Below are positions 1 through 8,371 of a DNA stretch of 32,000 nucleotides, piece after piece (position 1 is the first letter of the stretch; each line of letters begins with the position of its first letter). The notes under the pieces were generated by a model. The model did not search any database. It saw only the letters and a program-made list of their open reading frames with translations, and was not told where the DNA came from. Source of the DNA: an uncultured Acidobacteriota bacterium (lineage in GTDB: Bacteria; Acidobacteriota; Terriglobia; Terriglobales; Acidobacteriaceae); the NCBI GenBank assembly GCA_963764145.1, contig CAVXRC010000005.1:1660413-1692412 (forward strand), given 5' to 3'. Position numbers and translations under genes: made by a program.

Positions 1-66
1 GAGCGAGACAGCCCTCACGGATATTGTGCTCCATCAGGCTGCTTCTTTGGCCGCGGTGTTCGGGAG

Positions 67-1266
67 CTACTTCTCTGCGGCCATGAGACTCTTGCTGCCG
101 GCAAGCTTGATGCCTTTGAGGTCAGCAATCTGCATCTCGATGCCCCAGCCGTAAAACTGTGTGGCTACGGCGATGGCGATCTCGTTGTGACCCGCCTGTA
201 AAGGCATGTCGAAGGAGCCGTTGTCGAGCGAGAGCCGGCCATCGGGCTTCTTGCGCGCCTCGGGCGGTCGGTACATGTTCTTGTCCGAATAAACCAGCTT
301 TCCGTTCACGAAGATCCACGCTTCACGTACCCATCCAAAGTCGATCTTCTTGCTTTGCGCCTGGTTCGAGACGATGGTGGTTTTGAGCCATGCCAAGGTG
401 CGTGTCTTGCGATTGGTGGGCAGGCCGTCGACCCGGCTGATATTGACGAGGCCAGCCCTTTCGGCTTCGATAGGCGACCAGCCATCGGTGGGCAGATCGG
501 AGTAGGCAGGCTCTTTGCCGGCCTCAAGCGTACTCCATTGGGAGAGTTGCCAACTACGCACCAGACGATTGTCGGAGTTGGTCGAGTCCGGCTGCGGATC
601 GGGCGCAAGTCCCTCGGTTGCGCCGGGTGTGATGACGAGATTGGCAAAGGTACCCGGGCCTTGCAGGAAGATGCCGCCCTCCATGGCGTCGCCTTCGAGG
701 CGGCCAATTTTCAGCGCGGGCTGGGCTGCGCCGTTCGCGTAAATATTCATGCGCTTGCCGGAAATCACCATGCGGATGTGGTTCCACGCCATGCCGTCTT
801 TCAGTGGAGCGGGGGCCTGGAACTGTGGATAGACATCCCATAGCAGTACTCCCTTTGTGTTGGGAGCGTACTGGATGCAGTCTTCCGCCTGATCGCATTT
901 GGGCCGGGGTCTCAGGTAGAAGTCTTCGTAAGTATCTTTGTCGCGATAGCGGAATGCTATCCCTGCGCCCATGCTGCCATTGGGCTGTGCGTCGAACTCT
1001 ATGGTGCCGTCGTGAAAGGTGAAGTCTTTGAGCAGCGCATAACCTTTGGCGACCTTAATGATGTCGCCCGCGGGCCCATCGCTGCCGTCGGAGTGGAGAA
1101 ACTGGACATCGCCGTTGACGTCCCAGCGGTCGGCCGTCATGGCGATCTTCTGCGGCTCGCCAGCCTGCAATGTTATCGGTACGGTGACAAGCAGGGCCAC
1201 CATGCAGACTGACTGGCAGAAACGGGAGCGGAGGGTACGGTTGGGGGCGGCAGCTGAGATCGGCAT
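67..1266 (-). CDS. Secreted hypothetical protein with a concanavalin/LamG-like (DUF1080-like) jelly-roll domain plus a C-terminal beta-sandwich domain
   Basis: Intact 399-aa ORF. Hydrophobic signal-like N-terminus (SVCMVALLVTVPITLQA). The pattern DRWDV.G.V.F...ALLKDFTFHDGTIEFD...GAGIAFRYRD resembles DUF1080/LamG-fold proteins. This is motif recognition only. Confidence 0.6.
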   Translation of the reverse strand: MPISAAAPNRTLRSRFCQSVCMVALLVTVPITLQAGEPQKIAMTADRWDVNGDVQFLHSDGSDGPAGDIIKVAKGYALLKDFTFHDGTIEFDAQPNGSMGAGIAFRYRDKDTYEDFYLRPRPKCDQAEDCIQYAPNTKGVLLWDVYPQFQAPAPLKDGMAWNHIRMVISGKRMNIYANGAAQPALKIGRLEGDAMEGGIFLQGPGTFANLVITPGATEGLAPDPQPDSTNSDNRLVRSWQLSQWSTLEAGKEPAYSDLPTDGWSPIEAERAGLVNISRVDGLPTNRKTRTLAWLKTTIVSNQAQSKKIDFGWVREAWIFVNGKLVYSDKNMYRPPEARKKPDGRLSLDNGSFDMPLQAGHNEIAIAVATQFYGWGIEMQIADLKGIKLAGSKSLMAAEK

Positions 1267-1554
1267 GCGGCCAATCTACGCGCCGCTAGCGGAGGACTAG
1301 ATGGAATTGTGGCAAGACGGATTATGGCGATCTGAAGCGGTTCTCAGCGCACGTGTGAAGGACACAGGACTTGTGCCCTGCTCGCCAGCCCGTCAGTCGC
1401 CAAGTTGCTTCGCGCTTTCCTGGATTTCAGATCTGCATTGCCTGGGTTGCCGGAGGTTGACCTCGTTGGGCTATCTCGGCAAGTACGACCGAGTTCTGAA
1501 GCGTCCGGCTTGAAAACGCCTGGGGGCGAATTTCGCAACCCTGTTCTCTCCGCC

Positions 1555-1577
1555 GCCGGTGAAAGACCGGCTTTTTT
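1555..1577 (+). terminator. Rho-independent terminator-like hairpin (GCCGGT-GAAAG-ACCGGC followed by TTTTTT)
   Basis: Perfect 6-bp GC-rich stem, 5-nt loop and a T6 tract, read directly on the plus strand. No convincing plus-strand CDS lies upstream. Confidence 0.45.
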
Positions 1578-1642
1578 AAGACTGCTCCATGCGTCTCACT
1601 CCCCTGAGTGGAAATCGCAGCCAGCCGGCCCGGATCGCTTAC

Positions 1643-1921
1643 TTACTTACCAAATACCGATATCAAGACCGGGGCCGCCTGCGCGTCCTCGATCACCGGA
1701 AACAACTCGAAGTCCAGCGCCGTCGCCCACCGCGCCATGTGCTTGTAGAGCAGTGACAGATCGTCAGTCTCCAGCAAACTGAACCCGCCGGTCAGGTCAA
1801 CCTTGTGCCATCGGCCCAGGTGCGTCACTCCCTCCGGAGGGGTGGCGTCTCCTGCCAGGAACCGCTTCACGATTTCGGCGATGACACCCTCTTTCGCCGA
1901 CCATGTATACATGAATTTCAT
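1643..1921 (-). CDS. DUF3303 family protein
   Basis: 92-aa ORF MKFMYTWSAKEG...PPEGVTHLGRWHKVDLTGGFSLLETDD...FELFPVIED matches the remembered DUF3303 pattern (MKFMV.W...P.GVK.LGRWH...G.L.E.DD). Confidence 0.7.
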   Translation of the reverse strand: MKFMYTWSAKEGVIAEIVKRFLAGDATPPEGVTHLGRWHKVDLTGGFSLLETDDLSLLYKHMARWATALDFELFPVIEDAQAAPVLISVFGK

Positions 1922-1979
1922 CGTCTCTCCGGTTGATTGAACAGGTTGGAAACCTGCCGGATGATTGTCAGGCTGCCGC

Positions 1980-2357
1980 TCACCCTTGGGCTGTCAACTG
2001 CGCCATCAGCTTTGCCGTGTCGAGCACCATCCAGTGATTGACGATCCTTTCGTCTTCCAGCCGGTAAAACAGCATCAGGTCGGCCGAAACCGCACGGCCA
2101 GTCGCCGGCACGCCCGCGAACTCGCCCTTGTGCTCCCCGAGGAAAGTGCCGCGCAAAGCCACCGTATCGCCGTCGGCCACTAGCTGCGCCACCTCGATGC
2201 GATACAGGGGAAACGCCGCTTCCGCCTGCCGTATATGTTCTTTCAATGCCGGATCAACTACAAACCGGCTTACAATGGCTTCTGTTTTCGCTTTCCCGCT
2301 CAGAGCACTAATGTACTCCCGGATCAGCTGCAGGTTGCCGTTCAACGTCAATGTCAT
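1980..2357 (-). CDS. SnoaL-like ester cyclase (NTF2-fold)
   Basis: 125-aa ORF. The motif GTFLGEHKGEFAGVPATGRAVSADLMLFYRLEDERIVNHWMVLD is typical of the ester cyclase / SnoaL polyketide cyclase family. Confidence 0.75.
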   Translation of the reverse strand: MTLTLNGNLQLIREYISALSGKAKTEAIVSRFVVDPALKEHIRQAEAAFPLYRIEVAQLVADGDTVALRGTFLGEHKGEFAGVPATGRAVSADLMLFYRLEDERIVNHWMVLDTAKLMAQLTAQG

Positions 2358-2469
2358 GAGATCCTCCCTGACTGCGTGCGGTCGGTTTCAAAACTGGGAG
2401 AATCTTAGCTGCGAAGTCTGCCGGTTGGTCCCATAGACTTTCCAGAAAAAATCAAAGGAAAATCAAAGC

Positions 2470-3762
2470 ATGCAGGACGGCGTATACGTTTTCGGTGACT
2501 TCTCACTCTCTCCCGGTGAACGGCGTCTCTTTCAGGCAAACCGCGATGTTGTCCTTCCGCCCAAGGCCTTCGACGCCTTGCTGCTGCTTGTCCGTCTGCA
2601 CGGAGCTCTCGTCTCCCGCGATGAAATCATTCGCACTCTGTGGCCGAGCGTCCACGTGGCCGAAGCCAACCTCACCAACATCATCGTCCTGTTGCGCAAG
2701 CTGCTCGGTAAAGAAGCGATCCAGACTGTCTCCAAGTTTGGCTACCGCTTCTCCTTGCCGGTCACTGCCGAGCCGGACAAGAAGCAGTCTGTGTACGCCA
2801 ACTTTGTTCGGGCCAAGGAGTTAGCCACGCAGCGCTCTCCCGAGTCTCTGACAAGCGCTCGCGAACTTCTCTGGATCTGCCTCGCCGAAGATCCCTCATT
2901 TGCCCCTGCCTGGGCTTGGCTGGGGCGCACCTGCCGTCTGCTGCAGAAGTTCTGCCTCGAAAGCCCAGGAGGCGACGATCTCGCCCAGGCCGCTTACAAT
3001 CGCGCCTTCCTGATCGACCCCAATCTCGCCTGCGCCCACCAGTTCTACACCCAGTATCAGATCGATACCGGCCAGACCGAAAAAGCAATGGTCCGTCTTG
3101 CCGGCCGGCTGAAGCGCTGCGGCGAGGATCCCGAGACCCTGACGGGCCTGGTGCAGATTCTTCGCTGCTGCGGACTATTGGACGAATCCATCGCCGCCCA
3201 CGAGCGGGCCATTGCCCTCGATCCCACGACCCAGACGAGCGTCGCGCACACCTATTTCTTGAAGGGGGAATATGCCAAGGTCTTCGAAACCTACACGGGC
3301 TTTCGTCTTTACCTCGACGCCGCGGCCTGGGCAGGCCTGGGCGAGACACAACACGCCGCGGAACTGTTACGGTCACGCCTGAACAAAAACGAGAAGGGCC
3401 CTCTAACGGCTGGCCCCGGCAGGTCGCTTCTTGCCGCAATTGAAGGGCGCCGCGATGAGGTCCTTGCCGTTCTCGCAAGCATGCGCTCCTTCAGTGAGCC
3501 GGAAGCCCAGTTTTATATGGCTCGCCACAGCGCCATGGTCGGAGCCCACGAGTCAGCTCTTGAATTGCTGCAGCGAGCCCGCGTCGGAGGTTTTCTCGGT
3601 CCCCTGTGCCTGCAACACGATCGGGTCTTCGACTGCATGCGCGACCTGCCGGAATTCAAGGAGGAAATTGAAACCTGCCGGCGCCTGAGTCTCCAGGCCC
3701 ACCTGCGCCTGGTTGAGGAATTCGGATCATTCCTTCCCGCGTCATCAGCGATCTCTCGCTGA
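2470..3762 (+). CDS. Winged-helix (OmpR/CadC-type trans_reg_C) DNA-binding regulator with C-terminal TPR repeats
   Basis: The N-terminus FGDFSLSPGERRLFQANRDVVLPPKAFDALLLLVRLHGALVSRDEIIRTLWP...VSKFGYRF is a classic CadC/OmpR wHTH. The remainder is helical and TPR-like (AWAWLGR, AYNRAFLIDPN, HERAIALDP). Confidence 0.8.
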   Translation: MQDGVYVFGDFSLSPGERRLFQANRDVVLPPKAFDALLLLVRLHGALVSRDEIIRTLWPSVHVAEANLTNIIVLLRKLLGKEAIQTVSKFGYRFSLPVTAEPDKKQSVYANFVRAKELATQRSPESLTSARELLWICLAEDPSFAPAWAWLGRTCRLLQKFCLESPGGDDLAQAAYNRAFLIDPNLACAHQFYTQYQIDTGQTEKAMVRLAGRLKRCGEDPETLTGLVQILRCCGLLDESIAAHERAIALDPTTQTSVAHTYFLKGEYAKVFETYTGFRLYLDAAAWAGLGETQHAAELLRSRLNKNEKGPLTAGPGRSLLAAIEGRRDEVLAVLASMRSFSEPEAQFYMARHSAMVGAHESALELLQRARVGGFLGPLCLQHDRVFDCMRDLPEFKEEIETCRRLSLQAHLRLVEEFGSFLPASSAISR

Positions 3763-3902
3763 TCGCCCTCTGATTCATCGCCTGCGCGGGCGTCTTACCT
3801 GAGTCTGTCCGCCAATTGATTCGCGTTGCGGTCCGGGCTGCGTTTCTAACAGCGCAGGGAAAATCGAAACCATGCTACGATTTCGGCACCCCGGAGGCAA
3901 GG

Positions 3903-5255
3903 ATGAAGATAGACGCTCTGCGAAAACGATTGCGCGGAACCGTACTGCTGCCAGGATCGGACGACTACGAGTCGAGCCGGCACATCTGGAATGCCATGAT
4001 CGATCGCAAGCCGCGGGCGATTGCCTGCTGTAGCGGACCTGCTGATGTCCAGGCTGCCGTTGAATTTGCTGGCGAGGAAGGTATTTTCCCAGCCATTCGC
4101 GCGGGAGGCCACAATGCCGCCGGCCTGGCGATGATAGACGACGGACTGGTCATCGATGTGTCGCACATGAAGGGTATCTTCGTGGACTCAACGCAGAGAA
4201 CTGCGACAGCGCAGGCAGGACTTACGTGGGGTGAGTTCGACCGAGAGACACATTTGTACGGCATGGCCACAACCGGCGGGTTGATTTCGACCACGGGAAT
4301 CGCAGGCTTGACGCTGGGCGGCGGTGTCGGTTGGCTTATGGGAAGATGCGGACTGGTCTGTGACAACACGTTGAACTACGACGTGGTTCTGGCTAGCGGC
4401 GAGATGGCGAGAGCCAATGCGGTGGAGAATGCCGACCTGTTCTGGGCGCTGAAAGGCGGTGGCGGCAACTTCGGCGTAGTCACATCCATCACCTATCGCA
4501 CATATCCCATCAAGGAAGTCCTGGCTGGATTATTGCTTTACCCGCTCGGGGACGCGCGGGAAGTAATAAGGTTTTATCGCGACTTTACATCCGGAGCAAT
4601 TCCCGACGAACTAACCATGTATGCGGCGGCGTTATGCACACCGGATGGAACTCCCGTCGTGGCGCTGATTCCAGTGTGGTGCGGAGATTTGGAAGAAGGA
4701 GAGCGGGTATTAGGGACGGTGAGGGCATTTGGATCACCCGTTGCCGACTTGATTACGCGGATGCCGTATCCGGCGATGCAGCAGATGATCGATGGAGTAG
4801 CGCCGTTTGGCTTGCGAAGTTATTGGAAGAGCCAATTTCTTCGCGAACTGACCAACGAAGCGATTGACCAATTTGTGGAGTTTGCCGAAACGAGTGTATC
4901 GCCGCGATCGCTTGCGATCCTGGAGCACGCTCACGGCGCGGTGGCGCGCGTGCCGGCGGATGCGACTGCCTTTCCGACGCGGAGTTCGCCATACGACCTG
5001 GTGGTCATTGCCGCCTGGACAAGCGCAGAGGACGACGAGGCGAATATCGCCTGGACGCGCCGTTTCCATTCGTCCATGGAGCAATGGTCAACTCATCTTG
5101 TCTATGTCAATGCATTGGATCAGGACGATATCGACCGCATCCCCCAGGCTTACGGACCGAATTACCAACGGCTTTGTGAAGTCAAGGAAAAGTACGATCC
5201 TGAAAATCGCTTCAGGCGCAACCAGAACATTCGTCCGCGGGTGAACGCGCGTTGA
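3903..5255 (+). CDS. FAD-linked oxidase (FAD_binding_4 plus BBE domain)
   Basis: IRAGGHNAAGLAMIDDGLVIDVSHMKGI (FAD-binding PCMH type) and C-terminal YVNALDQDD...YGPNYQRLCEVKEKYDPENRFRRNQNIRP (BBE motif). The start is taken at ATG 3903, preceded by GGAGG. The track ORF begins at 3816. Confidence 0.85.
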   Translation: MKIDALRKRLRGTVLLPGSDDYESSRHIWNAMIDRKPRAIACCSGPADVQAAVEFAGEEGIFPAIRAGGHNAAGLAMIDDGLVIDVSHMKGIFVDSTQRTATAQAGLTWGEFDRETHLYGMATTGGLISTTGIAGLTLGGGVGWLMGRCGLVCDNTLNYDVVLASGEMARANAVENADLFWALKGGGGNFGVVTSITYRTYPIKEVLAGLLLYPLGDAREVIRFYRDFTSGAIPDELTMYAAALCTPDGTPVVALIPVWCGDLEEGERVLGTVRAFGSPVADLITRMPYPAMQQMIDGVAPFGLRSYWKSQFLRELTNEAIDQFVEFAETSVSPRSLAILEHAHGAVARVPADATAFPTRSSPYDLVVIAAWTSAEDDEANIAWTRRFHSSMEQWSTHLVYVNALDQDDIDRIPQAYGPNYQRLCEVKEKYDPENRFRRNQNIRPRVNAR

Positions 5256-5318
5256 GCGACGAATTCTGAAGCATGAGCGATGCCATGGATTTCGTACCTT
5301 CAGGGTTAGCTCTCGCCG

Positions 5319-6692
5319 TCAGGGACGGACCAGAAATATGTTGTTGCTCTTGAGCGTTCCTTTGGTTGTCGTTAAGCTGATGAATCCGCTCGTGGCACCA
5401 TCGGGCACTACGACTCGCATATAAGTGGGCGTCAACGCGGTAATCTGCGCCGCAACGCCGTTGAAGAAGACTTGACTAGACGGCGAGAAGTACTGCCCGA
5501 GGATGTCCACCGTCATGCCTACCCTTCCATAACTTGGTAGATAGGTGACGAACGGAGGCAAGCCAAGATCGAAGCGGAAGAGCACGCCGTTGTTGTAGCT
5601 GCCGCCGGAGACCGTAACTCCATAGAGGAAGCCGTTCGTGTGCTGAATCAATGTGCATTGCGGATCGCTGCCGGTGTACTGTTGAAAGTCGTGAAGAACC
5701 GTGAAATCGCCGGTCGTGCTGATGCGGAAGAGGACACCGCCGTCAAAGGCGCCTCCTTGTTCATTGGTGCCGTAGAGATAGCCATCCGACGCCTGGACTA
5801 ATCCCCCCAGCGGTCCCGCCCCGTCGGCGCCTCCCGTGAAATCGTGGAGTACTGTGACTTGATGCGCGGGGTTCATTCGGAAGACGACTCCAGCGTTGTG
5901 CGCTCCACCAGTGGCGGTCACGCCATATAAGTTGCCATCGTTCGCCTGGATCAGTGCGGCATAAGGACCCGTGCCATGCGTTCCGTCAAAGTTGAACAGC
6001 GATTCAAACTTACCGCTGGAATTAATCCTGAAGATCGTACCGGCGCCGTGAGTGCCGCCCGCCGCAGTGGTTCCGTAGAACCAATAGTTAGTGGCCTGCA
6101 CCAGCGGCCCCCACAGGAGATCTCCATCCGGGCCGGAAAAGGCATGAAGGACGGTGAAAGTTCCGTCCTCGGCGATCTTGTAGACAGTTCCCTGGACCCC
6201 GGGAGCCCCCTCAATACCGGGTTCAACGAATGTCGTTCCATAGAGATCGCCGTACAGGCTCTGGATCGGCGGAGCCGTGGGAGACCCGCCGTCAGCGCCG
6301 CCAGCAAAATCATGGAGAGTCTTGACGATTCCATCCGGAGTCATTTCGAAGATGGTTCCCAAACCCTGGCTGCCGCCCGTCTCGGTAGTCCCATAGAACC
6401 GCCCATTTCTGCCCAGCGTCAGACCTCCGGAGGGTGTAGCACCATCCGTGGTGTCAAATTCGTGAAGGACCGTCAATGCGCCGCTGGTTGTGACCCGGAA
6501 GGCCACTCCGGGATCGTTCCCGAAGTCGTCGGCGGTAGTGAGCAGATAGCCCCCGCGGCTCTGCGCAATGATGCCCGATTCGGGCACCGAGGGCACGCCG
6601 TTGAAGTTGACCAGAACCTTATAGCTCTGGGCATGCAGGGTTGCGGCGATAGCCCAGAAAGGAGCGAGGCTGGTAAGACGACTCATTTTCAT
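5319..6692 (-). CDS. Secreted GloVer (choice-of-anchor) tandem-repeat protein with a C-terminal IPT/TIG-like domain
   Basis: About 8 repeats of the ~45-aa unit GG..G.GT(I/V)F(R/K)...G..T(V)LH.F. Signal peptide MKMSRLTSLAPFWAIAATLHAQ from ATG 6692, with GGAG 7 nt upstream. The C-terminal beta domain reads GMTVDILGQYFSPSSQVFFNGVAAQI...VVVPDGATSGFISL. Confidence 0.8.
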   Translation of the reverse strand: MKMSRLTSLAPFWAIAATLHAQSYKVLVNFNGVPSVPESGIIAQSRGGYLLTTADDFGNDPGVAFRVTTSGALTVLHEFDTTDGATPSGGLTLGRNGRFYGTTETGGSQGLGTIFEMTPDGIVKTLHDFAGGADGGSPTAPPIQSLYGDLYGTTFVEPGIEGAPGVQGTVYKIAEDGTFTVLHAFSGPDGDLLWGPLVQATNYWFYGTTAAGGTHGAGTIFRINSSGKFESLFNFDGTHGTGPYAALIQANDGNLYGVTATGGAHNAGVVFRMNPAHQVTVLHDFTGGADGAGPLGGLVQASDGYLYGTNEQGGAFDGGVLFRISTTGDFTVLHDFQQYTGSDPQCTLIQHTNGFLYGVTVSGGSYNNGVLFRFDLGLPPFVTYLPSYGRVGMTVDILGQYFSPSSQVFFNGVAAQITALTPTYMRVVVPDGATSGFISLTTTKGTLKSNNIFLVRP

Positions 6693-7131
6693 GGCATGAC
6701 TCCAAAAAGCCGAATGCGCCATTGGTGACCCGGTGCCTGGAATGGAACTGTGAGCGGGGAGGCGGGATGAGCTCTGGGATTTGTGCATGGCGCGGGATGA
6801 CCTGCAGCTATCCTTAGGGACATTTGCGGCGCGATTTTAGCACGCCTCTGGTCTCACTTGCCATCACCGCTATTACCGACCGCCCCAAGTTTAATTGGCA
6901 GAAGCACGTGCTCACGGTGCCGCGGCCAGTGAAACATTCAAAGCCCATGCTACTGAAGGACGAGAATGGTTGGGGCCACCAGGTGATCACGTTTTGTGTC
7001 CATGCACCATCGTTTGTGGCATAATGTGCAGGCTTACTACTCCACGGCTTCACTTGCCCTCCATCTGTCTGGGTTGGATGAAATGGGGCTGGGCCGCCTA
7101 ATTGGCCTGTCTGTTCCGAGTTAGAGGTCCA

Positions 7132-7728
7132 ATGAGCAACATCAACGGTAAGGTCTACGCGATGAATGCCATCACTCCCATGAAGCCATGGAAGACGTGG
7201 ATTCTCCGTGGATTTTTCTTTTTGCTGGGGCATATCAAGCCTCTGCAGAAAGACCTGGTCGACCTATCCTTTATTGAATTCGCACGATGGGTGGTTTTGC
7301 CGCGCAAAGGATTTCCTTATCTGCGCAACGGGCAGGTGCGGGAAGAGCTCAAATACGATTACCTTCTGTTCTTCAGTAACTTCAATGGCACATGGAACCA
7401 GTACATTGATGCCTTTTCGGCGGTTCTGAGTAAAGGCCTGAATCTTGTGTGGCGCTGGAGCGAGAAGTTTCCCGGTTCGGTTCCCGTAACTTCCTTCAAG
7501 GAATACATCGCCCGGGTCCAGTTCGATACGGACTACTACTACACCGCGTATCCCCACGCCACGGCGAATGACATCAAGTCAGCGCACATCGTGCAGTCCT
7601 CGCTGGATCAGCTCGGAGGGCTGGCTGAACAGTGCAGTCCGCAGCAGTTTTCCGATGCCTATCTTCGCTTCGTTCTGCAAGTGCAGTCCCATCTTGGCGA
7701 AACAGGCGAGGCTCCAATCGCCGGATAG
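7132..7728 (+). CDS. Uncharacterised protein, DyP-operon paralog A
   Basis: Intact ORF. ATG 7132 is preceded by AGAGG. It shares collinear motifs with the next gene: (K/S)VY(A/G)(M/L).(A/I)(I/L)(T/S)P, (F/L)ARxVV, YL(L/V)F.SN..G....Y. I recognise no family. Confidence 0.7.
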   Translation: MSNINGKVYAMNAITPMKPWKTWILRGFFFLLGHIKPLQKDLVDLSFIEFARWVVLPRKGFPYLRNGQVREELKYDYLLFFSNFNGTWNQYIDAFSAVLSKGLNLVWRWSEKFPGSVPVTSFKEYIARVQFDTDYYYTAYPHATANDIKSAHIVQSSLDQLGGLAEQCSPQQFSDAYLRFVLQVQSHLGETGEAPIAG

Positions 7729-7738
7729 AAAGACTTCC

Positions 7739-8371
7739 GTGGCCAATAAAAGCGGCAGTGTCTATGGACTTACAATCCTCTCGCCCATCATCGAAGATGA
7801 GAAGGCGACACCCTCTCACGACCTGCAGATCCGGGACTACCTGGCCAAACTATCTACCCGGGAAGACAGTCCGTTCGCGCAAGCTCCGGGCACGCATCTC
7901 GCCCGGCTGGTGGTCATGGACGATGTGATCTATGTCGGCATGCCGGCTTGTGAAGAACATCTCAAGTCGAAGTATCTTGTCTTCGAGTCGAATTGTGACG
8001 GCGATCTCGATGGCTATCTCCACGGCCTTGCGGATACGGTAGGCGATCATTTCGACGCCATTTGGACGCACTGTGTGGGATACCCGGGCGCAGCCAACCG
8101 GCGGGCATTCATTGACTATATGAAGGCGTGCCAACTGGAGACGACCTTCTACTTCGCAGCCGTCAACGACAAATCCGTCTCTGAGACATTGCGTGCGCTG
8201 CAGACCCAGGCCGCCGTTGCCGACTTCATCGCAACCCACCAGGGCGCGGATGCGACTACCCTGCAACGGGAATTCATCGAGTTCATGGCTCTGCTCAAAT
8301 CCCAGCCTGCTCCCCGGCCGGGTTCCATGGGCCCTCATCGCTATATCAAGACTGGCGGTCGAAATGAGTAA
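7739..8371 (+). CDS. Uncharacterised protein, DyP-operon paralog B
   Basis: In-frame GTG at 7739, 10 nt after the stop of paralog A. No in-frame ATG lies upstream of the conserved N-terminus ANKSGSVYGLTILSPI. The stop TAA 8369-8371 overlaps the DyP ATG 8364 (ATGAGTAA). Confidence 0.6.
   Translation: MANKSGSVYGLTILSPIIEDEKATPSHDLQIRDYLAKLSTREDSPFAQAPGTHLARLVVMDDVIYVGMPACEEHLKSKYLVFESNCDGDLDGYLHGLADTVGDHFDAIWTHCVGYPGAANRRAFIDYMKACQLETTFYFAAVNDKSVSETLRALQTQAAVADFIATHQGADATTLQREFIEFMALLKSQPAPRPGSMGPHRYIKTGGRNE

Noticed and set aside
2762-3478. 238-aa ORF antisense to the wHTH-TPR regulator
   Set aside because: Its composition is Arg/Pro/Ser-rich and low-complexity. The opposite strand encodes a coherent TPR protein.
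5976-6728. 250-aa plus-strand ORF inside the GloVer-repeat gene
   Set aside because: It is antisense to a gene with clear repeat periodicity and a signal peptide.
7013-7025. Extended -10-like element TGGCATAAT upstream of the DyP operon
   Set aside because: No acceptable -35 element lies at 16-18 nt spacing, and promoter consensus for this lineage is uncertain. The evidence is too weak to call.
6814-7233. 139-aa minus-strand ORF in the gap upstream of the DyP operon
   Set aside because: It overlaps the start of paralog A, has no ribosome-binding site or motif, and has an odd composition. It was treated as non-coding leader or promoter DNA.
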